Positions 26,020 to 32,000 of a stretch of 32,000 bases of DNA are shown here, piece after piece. The notes beneath the pieces were generated by a model. It worked only from the letters and a program-made list of their open reading frames with translations, did not search any database and was not told the DNA's origin. The stretch is from Candidatus Methanoperedenaceae archaeon (GTDB lineage: Archaea > Halobacteriota > Methanosarcinia > Methanosarcinales > Methanoperedenaceae): assembly GCA_963753595.1 (NCBI GenBank), contig CAVWCX010000009.1:18013-50012 (forward strand), given 5' to 3'. Position 1 is the stretch's first letter. The number at the start of each line of letters is the position of its first letter. A program made the position numbers and the translations under genes.

Positions 26020-26970
26020 TCAATGCCGTTTTAACAGATATGCTGCCAGGAGACCTGATACCATCAAGAACACTCCAAATCCTGGCGCTTTTGTCGGAAC
26101 CGCTGTTCCAGTTTGTTCAGGCATTGCTTTTTCTGCGTTCTGGGCATCTATTAAGCCTTTTTGCACTTCCGTATCAAAGTAAGTCAGGTTGAACCTGTGC
26201 CAGACAGAAGGAGTATTTTTAAGTATGGTCTTTGCAGATTCAAGGTCTGCTTCGGCTGCCGTAACATCCTTTCCCATTGCTTTTGCCGCAAGGACAGAAC
26301 TTCTTGCTTTTGATATCTCATGCTGCAATTCTTTTACAGAAGACAGGGCATTTTCTGCTTTCTTTGGCACTGCAGGATTGATCCCGGTAATTTGATTATG
26401 ACAATTACTGCAGAAATCCTCAATTTCAGCTGCAGTTAAAACTTTAACACTATGTGCCTGGTGACAGGTGATACATGCGGGCGCTGGTCCTTCCTGATTT
26501 GATTCCAATTTCTTGAAATGCTGGGAACTCTTGAATTCATCAAGTTCCGGCGCATGACATTTGCCGCACATTTCGGGAGTATCGGCACGTGAAATGCTTT
26601 TATTAGAAATACCCTTATGTGCTTCCTGCTTTAAAACTTTTGACGGGTCCCCCCCATGGCATTTTTCACATGTTACTTCAAATAAGGCGTGTGTGGATAT
26701 TGACCACATGGCGTAGGTGCTGGCCGTTGATTTATTGAGGTTATCCTCGTGGCAGACTATAGAGCATGAAATACCGCTTTCGAGATGCTTGATACGAATG
26801 TCGATGAATTGCCTTTGTGACTCTGAACTAAAAAGCAATTGACGGTGACAGTCAGCACATGTGTTGTTAGGTAAATCCGGTGCTTTTGCTGAGGCAACTT
26901 GAATTACCTGCAAAGTGATAAACACAAGAACTATTCCTATAATTACCATTGAATCGTTTTTTTGTCGCAT
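26020..26970 (-). CDS. Hexahaem c-type cytochrome with PGF-CTERM sorting signal (tandem paralogue)
   Basis: Signal peptide. CADCH, CEKCH, CGKCH, CITCH and CSNCH plus a CX3CH (CSIVCH) at the equivalent position. C-terminus PGFGVFLMVSGLLAAYLLKRH. Confidence 0.9.
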   Translation of the reverse strand: MRQKNDSMVIIGIVLVFITLQVIQVASAKAPDLPNNTCADCHRQLLFSSESQRQFIDIRIKHLESGISCSIVCHEDNLNKSTASTYAMWSISTHALFEVTCEKCHGGDPSKVLKQEAHKGISNKSISRADTPEMCGKCHAPELDEFKSSQHFKKLESNQEGPAPACITCHQAHSVKVLTAAEIEDFCSNCHNQITGINPAVPKKAENALSSVKELQHEISKARSSVLAAKAMGKDVTAAEADLESAKTILKNTPSVWHRFNLTYFDTEVQKGLIDAQNAEKAMPEQTGTAVPTKAPGFGVFLMVSGLLAAYLLKRH

Positions 26971-27097
26971 ATATGAATACTCCTTTCATTATCATCATTA
27001 TTGATATTATTAATAATGATGTATAGTTCAATCTAATCTGCAAAATATTTAAACTTATCCTTCAAAAATATTATATTAATTTAAAGATAAAATAATT

Positions 27098-29068
27098 TCA
27101 TTCTTTGAGCTCTCGCCGCCTATCGCTCCTGTATTCATCCACAAGCGACTTCAACCATTCTTCTTTTGCCGCCGCCCTGCGCTGTTGAGCTTTCTTATTC
27201 CAGTCTTCTATTGCGTTTTTCATTTCATCAGGATCGATCACCGCAAGCTCTTCTGTTGAGTCAAACTGGATATTTACATCCTTTGCCCTTAAAACAGGCA
27301 CACCAAGGATAAAAAGTTCTTCTTCCGCAGCATGCGACATATCATTGCATATAATGATCGCCCGGACACCAAAGTCAGCTAGCATTTTTGCGGTAATTGT
27401 CCCACCACCGCTTGAATCCTTCAACAGGATGATGTCATCTTTTTTTATTCCCACTGTTTCCCGGGTTTTGAGGATGCTGTCTTTAGTAAAAGAAAATATT
27501 ATCTTCACAGGAAGAACACGGCCGCTTATTTCAAGCCGTCGGACTTTTTTAAGTTTATGGATCCTTTCATTTAATTCAGAAATTTTCCTGTTTTTTTCAG
27601 ATATCTTGTCCTGCAATCGCTGGATATCCATATTCCGGATTTGCATTGTTTTGTCTTTTTTTAGTTTTTTGTATACATCCGATCGCTGCTTTTTTATCAG
27701 CTCTTCTAATTCCCGGATCTTTTCGTCCCTTATACCAAGTTCCTTTTCCAAAAATTCCTGTTTCGTCTTCATTTCATTGATTATATCTTCATATTTCCAG
27801 ATTGCTTCCCTCAAGTGAAATGCTTCATCATCTCTTTTTTCAGGAACTGCCTGGATATGAGGCTCCCTGGTTTGAGGTCTTGTCAATCCCAATATCACAG
27901 TTTCCACGGATTTCCCCCTCACTACCTGTGCTATCGCTTCGCCGGCATCTACTCCCGGAGGTATTTTCTTTTTGATCTGTTCGAACTTATTCTTGTTTTT
28001 CCGAAAAAACGATACAGCAGCAGCAATGGCATCACGTTCATGGTTGTTCGAATAGCCATATGGCGTTGCGAATCCGATCTTATCTTCAGCCGAGAGTACC
28101 TCAAAAGGAGAGCTTGATACGGAATTAAACGCCCTTCGGATCTTTTCAACCGCATTCGGGGTAGGGAATACATCACTTGCGATAACAAGCGGTCTTCCTT
28201 CCTGTGCGATCATTTCAATAACTTCAGGTATCGAAATAGTCCTTGAACTATGGATTTTCCGCAATTCTCCATCAAGTGTCAGAACGGCAATAGCTGTTGT
28301 AGTACCAGGGTCGATCCCAACGATGATATAATCTCTTTTTTTCACTTTAAGCGGCTTAAAAACCAGGGAATCGCGTTCTATACCTTTTACACTCACCTGC
28401 ACATCCCCGTATTTTCCCGAACCGATATGGATCTGGTTTCTTGGTGCATCCACAATGAATTCAGCTTTTGAATATCCTCCGAACCTCTCTGTTATATCCT
28501 GGGAAAATGTGAATCCCATGGTTCTTGACAGTCCATTCAGGGAATCTTCGATCTCTCTTGCTCTTTGCCTGACATATCCATGCATTTTACGCCTGTACCT
28601 GTTCTGGCTCCATCCCCCCCGGCCGGGCGAGCGGCCCCTGCTGACCTTGATCATAGTTTTATCCTCAAATGCCGATACTTCATAACCTACGCCCATTTGA
28701 GCAAGCCGGGCGCATATCAGGGCTTCTGCATTAGGGTCAAACCTGTCAAAGGATAGACCTTCCTGGCGGGCAAGTTTAGTTAGCGGCAAAAGCTGCTCTC
28801 CTCCTGTGACCTGGATAAGTTTCGTATTGGGGGGTAATCTCTGGAGAAACGAAATAAGGTCTTGCTTATCCGAAACGATCTCATAGATATTATCAACAGC
28901 TATCAACGATGGTTTTTCTTTCCAGGCCATCCGCATGAATTTATGGAGGCTTATCATTTTGTGATGCTCGACATCCCCATTCTTGAGTACCACTACGGCA
29001 TAAGCTGGTTTTTCTTTTGCACGTAAAGAACCTTTTGCGATGTCTATACCAAAAATTATTTCCGGCAT
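27098..29068 (-). CDS. DUF460-type archaeal protein: two RNase H/RuvC-like modules, a long coiled coil and a C-terminal alpha/beta domain
   Basis: IFGIDIAKGS at the N-terminus and YIIVGIDPGTTTAIAVL at aa ~247 are RuvC/YqgF-like GID motifs. aa ~415-510 are a K/E/R-rich heptad-like region. I assign it to DUF460/COG2433 from memory. Confidence 0.75.
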   Translation of the reverse strand: MPEIIFGIDIAKGSLRAKEKPAYAVVVLKNGDVEHHKMISLHKFMRMAWKEKPSLIAVDNIYEIVSDKQDLISFLQRLPPNTKLIQVTGGEQLLPLTKLARQEGLSFDRFDPNAEALICARLAQMGVGYEVSAFEDKTMIKVSRGRSPGRGGWSQNRYRRKMHGYVRQRAREIEDSLNGLSRTMGFTFSQDITERFGGYSKAEFIVDAPRNQIHIGSGKYGDVQVSVKGIERDSLVFKPLKVKKRDYIIVGIDPGTTTAIAVLTLDGELRKIHSSRTISIPEVIEMIAQEGRPLVIASDVFPTPNAVEKIRRAFNSVSSSPFEVLSAEDKIGFATPYGYSNNHERDAIAAAVSFFRKNKNKFEQIKKKIPPGVDAGEAIAQVVRGKSVETVILGLTRPQTREPHIQAVPEKRDDEAFHLREAIWKYEDIINEMKTKQEFLEKELGIRDEKIRELEELIKKQRSDVYKKLKKDKTMQIRNMDIQRLQDKISEKNRKISELNERIHKLKKVRRLEISGRVLPVKIIFSFTKDSILKTRETVGIKKDDIILLKDSSGGGTITAKMLADFGVRAIIICNDMSHAAEEELFILGVPVLRAKDVNIQFDSTEELAVIDPDEMKNAIEDWNKKAQQRRAAAKEEWLKSLVDEYRSDRRRELKE

Positions 29069-29071
29069 GAT

Positions 29072-29941
29072 TCAGGTTACAATAGTATTAATTAATTCCC
29101 CGATATCTCTTTTGATCCTGTATTTACGGTTAAAATATGATAATACATTATCAATATCCCTGTGAAGCAACTCCGTTGCATTCGGATGAGTTGATTTGAT
29201 GAATTGGGGCCAATCGATGATCTCACACCCGGCAGGATTAACAAAGATATTAAATTCACTCAGGTCACAATGGATGATCCCGAGTCCATATGCTTTTTTT
29301 ACCTGTGCCAATATCTCATCCAGATACCAGTCAGGTTCATCAAGCCTTGTATGGGCAAGCTGCTGCCCAAGTGCTTTGGACATCACGATCCCATGCCTGT
29401 TATGATCTATCGGTTCAGGAACGCTGACTTTTGGATAAAGAGCGACAAGGGCATCATATTCTTTTTTAGCGGCAAGACGCGCAGCATATAACCAGGAAAG
29501 ATGCCTTCTTTCCCCGATAGTTTCTCTTTTTATCCTGACGTGCCTGAAACTCATTTTTCCTTCCCTGTGGAGTTTAATTATAACATGCCGGTCAATGAGG
29601 CCGCCTGTAGCTTCATACACTTCCGATTCTTTTCCCCTTCCGATAATTTCACCCAGGGCATTCACAGATCCCCGCTTGACAAACGCATTCAGTGCAAGCA
29701 GGTCGTATGCTTCAAAATATATCCTGTATCCTTCATAAGCCTGGACATTCCTGTGAATAAGCTTTCTTTGCGCCAGATTTGAGAGAATATATTCCACATC
29801 CTTGCGGTCAAATGTGGTAAAATTCACGATCTCTTCTATGGGAACCCATTCATGAAATTTCATATTGTTCTCGATTGCAACAAGAACACGAAATTCCTTG
29901 TTCGTGATAGATAGAAATATTTCCGGAATATTTTCAAGCAT
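29072..29941 (-). CDS. rio2: RIO-type serine/threonine protein kinase Rio2 (N-terminal wHTH plus RIO kinase domain)
   Basis: The N-terminal wHTH (FRVLVAIENNMKFHEWVPIEEI...) is specific to Rio2. The kinase core has GKESEVYEA, IIKLHR and IIHCDLSEFNI (catalytic loop), with IDWPQ in place of DFG. Confidence 0.85.
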   Translation of the reverse strand: MLENIPEIFLSITNKEFRVLVAIENNMKFHEWVPIEEIVNFTTFDRKDVEYILSNLAQRKLIHRNVQAYEGYRIYFEAYDLLALNAFVKRGSVNALGEIIGRGKESEVYEATGGLIDRHVIIKLHREGKMSFRHVRIKRETIGERRHLSWLYAARLAAKKEYDALVALYPKVSVPEPIDHNRHGIVMSKALGQQLAHTRLDEPDWYLDEILAQVKKAYGLGIIHCDLSEFNIFVNPAGCEIIDWPQFIKSTHPNATELLHRDIDNVLSYFNRKYRIKRDIGELINTIVT

Positions 29942-29981
29942 TATTTACTATATGACACTGCTGACTATAAAAAAGGTTAAT

Positions 29982-29991
29982 AAAAAAAAAA
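29982..29991 (-). terminator. T10 tract on the minus strand downstream of the OB-fold gene
   Basis: The plus strand shows A10 at 29982-29991, about 16 nt after the stop at 30007 in the minus-strand direction. This is an oligo-T archaeal terminator candidate. Confidence 0.5.
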
Positions 29992-30006
29992 CAAAAAGAA
30001 GGAAAA

Positions 30007-30639
30007 TTACCTTCTCTTTCCTCCGCCTCTTTTATCCCTGGAATCCCGGCCGCGGTCTCTACCGCCAGCGCTGCTTCCTCCTCCGCGACCTCCGCCGGAA
30101 CCGCCTCTGCCCCCGCCAAATCCTCCTCCTCCGCCATAGCCGCCGCCTCCACCGCCGCTGCCGTACATACTGCCATAACCTCCGCTGCCGCCTCGGCCTC
30201 CGCTTCCACCGCTATATCCGCCTGTGCGTCTTGGCCTGTCGGGCATTTCCACATGCTTATCAGACATATTAAGTTCAGTGTTTACTTCAACAACCGGTTC
30301 TTCTGACAATAACATCTTCCCGTATTTTCCTATGTTCAATCTCATGGAATTCCTTACTACGGAAATATAGCCATTCTGGATAGAAATACTATCTCCTGCT
30401 GCAATTTTGCCGATCTGGTCATCCCATAAGGATAATAAGATGCTTGCTGTTCCATCTGCAACTTTTACTTCACAGACTTGTTTATCACCATATTGTGATT
30501 TTATGTCTTTGACCTCTCCTATCTCAATTACTTTTAGAGTGGCGTTAACATTCTTTGAATTCTCGGTCATATCCTTTACATTAAAATTTGTAGGGGTCGT
30601 TTCCATTGTAATACCTTGCTTTATTTTAACTTCCTGCAT
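30007..30639 (-). CDS. Single OB-fold nucleic-acid-binding protein (SSB-like) with a Gly/Arg/Tyr-rich low-complexity C-terminal tail
   Basis: aa ~30-125 (VNATLKVIEIGEVKDIKS...CEVKVADGTASILLSLWDDQI...ISIQNGYISVVRNSMRLNIGKYG) has the beta-strand pattern of an OB fold. aa ~140-210 are GG/RGG/GY repeats ending in a basic stretch. The start could be M1 or M12. Confidence 0.65.
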   Translation of the reverse strand: MQEVKIKQGITMETTPTNFNVKDMTENSKNVNATLKVIEIGEVKDIKSQYGDKQVCEVKVADGTASILLSLWDDQIGKIAAGDSISIQNGYISVVRNSMRLNIGKYGKMLLSEEPVVEVNTELNMSDKHVEMPDRPRRTGGYSGGSGGRGGSGGYGSMYGSGGGGGGYGGGGGFGGGRGGSGGGRGGGSSAGGRDRGRDSRDKRGGGKRR

Positions 30640-30773
30640 CCCTTTTCTCAGATGTCATTCACCTGTATTTTAAGTTAGAAGAAGTAAATATTAAATTGTA
30701 AACGTAGTTCATATACTTTCTGCATAATCAAATAACTGTTAAAATAAATTAATCAATTAATCTAAAAAATACA

Positions 30774-30992
30774 TTAATGTTTAAGAATTACGATCTTAAT
30801 ATGAGTCCCCATGTTTTTTATTTCCAATACCTCATGATGATGTGTCTTGCTCCAGCCCGATATTGTGTCTTTTGCCGTGGGGTCGTCTGTTATTACTTCC
30901 AGTTTTTCACCTACGGGTAATGTTTCAAGTTTTTTCTTTGTATGAAATAATACAAAGGGGCATACTTTACCCTGAAGATCAAGGCATTCCAT
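30774..30992 (-). CDS. TusA/SirA-like sulfur-carrier protein
   Basis: MECLDLQGKVCPFVLFHTKKKLETLPVGEKLEVITDDPTAKDTI fits the TusA pattern (the conserved Cys in a CP motif, and ...D.....DI). ATG 30992 gives 72 aa. The track extension to 31085 is hydrophobic junk. Confidence 0.65.
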   Translation of the reverse strand: MECLDLQGKVCPFVLFHTKKKLETLPVGEKLEVITDDPTAKDTISGWSKTHHHEVLEIKNMGTHIKIVILKH

Positions 30993-31145
30993 ATTGACTA
31001 TTATGAATGACTGGTATATTAAACTTTTATAAGGTTGGGTGAGTGATAAGCATACGTTAAACAGAATTGCCAATGCGAGAAGCACAGAGGGGAACGGCGC
31101 CGGAGCGCCCGTATCTGTTATTTCCGGCGCTGGAGTCGTAGTGGC

Positions 31146-32000
31146 TCATTTTGATAGAAATCCCTTCACCTTTCTTTGTTTCTCTCCAGTCAAATGAAGA
31201 TAATTTTCATTAGAAATTACGGATTTTCCTGTTTTTTCCTCAAGCTCTTTCCGTGTATTCTTTGCGATTGTGCCGCCTTCAACAGCAGAATCCTTGCATT
31301 CTTCAAATCCCAGGGAATCTTTAGAAATTGTAATATCCGTTGTTGCTTTTTCACCGACCATAGTAAGGATCAACTCCCAGTCCGTCATATGGTCTCTCAG
31401 ATTCTGGCCATCCCTTTCCAGGCTTTTGAATTCTTTGTATTCACCAACGGTTTTACCAAATGTTGCCTTTGATATCTCATTCGTGAGTATCGCAAAGTCT
31501 TTTTTCTCCTGAATTCCCCTTGTTCTCCATTCATCAGTTAAATCCTGCCTGATCGCTATGCCCCTTAGTCTTTTGTCGATCCAATCCTCTGGATAGCCTT
31601 TAAGTTCGTAATATTCCTTGACCCTGTCCTGTGCGAGTTCCGGATTTTCTATTTCCTGTATCCTTTCGTATCCGACTTTTGCGAGCCATCTTTTGAAGGG
31701 TTCAGCTTTTTTTGAAGGAATGGACTGGATTATCCTGAACATGGATTCGGTGTTGGCGCAGTCGGTTTCGTATTTCTTGCCGTCAGCAGATGGCAATTTC
31801 AGTTGTCGACAAAATGTCGATAACTCTATACCGCTCGACTCAGCTTCTCGTTTTTTAAGTCTATACCAGTAATCTTTTGGATCGGCACTTTCAGTCAAAA
31901 TACTTACAACATCAACAACTGAAAAATACCACTGTTCATCATACCATGTTCTTCTTATTTTAATTCCTTCAAAAACAACAAGCGCTTCTTTTGAGTCCAT
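31146..32000 (-). CDS. Bro-N domain protein (prophage antirepressor / DinD-like family)
   Basis: N-terminus VVFEGIKIRRTWYDEQWYFSVVDVVSILTESADPKDYWYRLKKR is a Bro-N-type motif. The ATG sits exactly at the window edge (32000), so the true start may lie further upstream. Confidence 0.65.
   Translation of the reverse strand: MDSKEALVVFEGIKIRRTWYDEQWYFSVVDVVSILTESADPKDYWYRLKKREAESSGIELSTFCRQLKLPSADGKKYETDCANTESMFRIIQSIPSKKAEPFKRWLAKVGYERIQEIENPELAQDRVKEYYELKGYPEDWIDKRLRGIAIRQDLTDEWRTRGIQEKKDFAILTNEISKATFGKTVGEYKEFKSLERDGQNLRDHMTDWELILTMVGEKATTDITISKDSLGFEECKDSAVEGGTIAKNTRKELEEKTGKSVISNENYLHLTGEKQRKVKGFLSK

Noticed and set aside
29865-30272. Two long ORFs (135 aa plus-strand and 106 aa minus-strand, Arg- and Ala/Glu-rich) over the 3' end of the OB-fold gene
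   Set aside because: They are artefacts of the GC-rich ggN/cgN repeat that encodes the Gly/Arg tail. The OB-fold frame is the only one continuous with a folded domain.
30993-31085. Longer 103-aa version of the TusA-like gene
   Set aside because: The extra 31 aa (MLLALAILFNVCLSLTQPYKSLIYQSFIIVN) are hydrophobic and atypical for TusA. The family-typical start is MECLDLQGKVCPF at ATG 30992.
1-32000. Possibility that the whole window is a Borg or another giant extrachromosomal element, given the multihaem cytochromes and tandem repeats
   Set aside because: The window is dominated by single-copy housekeeping genes (glnA, nrpR, dys, cfbA/cfbE, rio2, a phosphohexomutase) with mixed strand orientation and mostly moderate GC. 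That fits a chromosome. Only the yggS segment looks compositionally foreign.

Overview
This looks like an archaeal chromosomal window, most likely from a Methanoperedens-like (ANME-2d) member of the Methanosarcinales. That is an inference from gene content only: coenzyme F430 genes (cfbA, cfbE), glnA next to an NrpR-type repressor, a futalosine-pathway (menaquinone) radical SAM enzyme, a Rieske/cytochrome b6-type complex, and multihaem c-type cytochromes ending in PGF-CTERM sorting signals. Layout: (i) 1-10.4 kb holds core genes: two ABC-2 permeases, cfbA-cfbE, dys, glnA-nrpR and a radical SAM gene. (ii) About 10.4-18.9 kb is an accessory, defence-like stretch. It opens with a decayed IS200/IS605 tnpA remnant. 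It carries a 1647-aa Mrr-like nuclease / NACHT / HEAT-repeat STAND protein, a HicB-like gene, a JAMM/MPN+ metalloprotease, a segmental-duplication scar and an AAA+ ATPase with a DUF234 PD-(D/E)xK-like tail. (iii) 19-22.6 kb holds a phosphohexomutase, a strikingly AT-rich yggS-like gene followed by a 13-bp tandem repeat array, an MqnC/MqnE-family gene and a glutaredoxin-like gene. (iv) 22.6-27 kb is an eight-gene minus-strand respiratory operon: two tandem hexahaem cytochromes, a monohaem cytochrome, a Rieske protein, a split cytochrome b and two small membrane proteins. (v) 27-32 kb holds a Rio2-DUF460 pair, an OB-fold protein with an RGG/Gly-rich tail, a TusA-like gene and a Bro-N protein at the edge. 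I found no rRNA, tRNA or CRISPR array by eye. The best candidate for an uncharacterised system is the giant nuclease-NACHT-HEAT protein and its scarred neighbourhood. All domain calls rest on motif recognition by eye, not on database searches.
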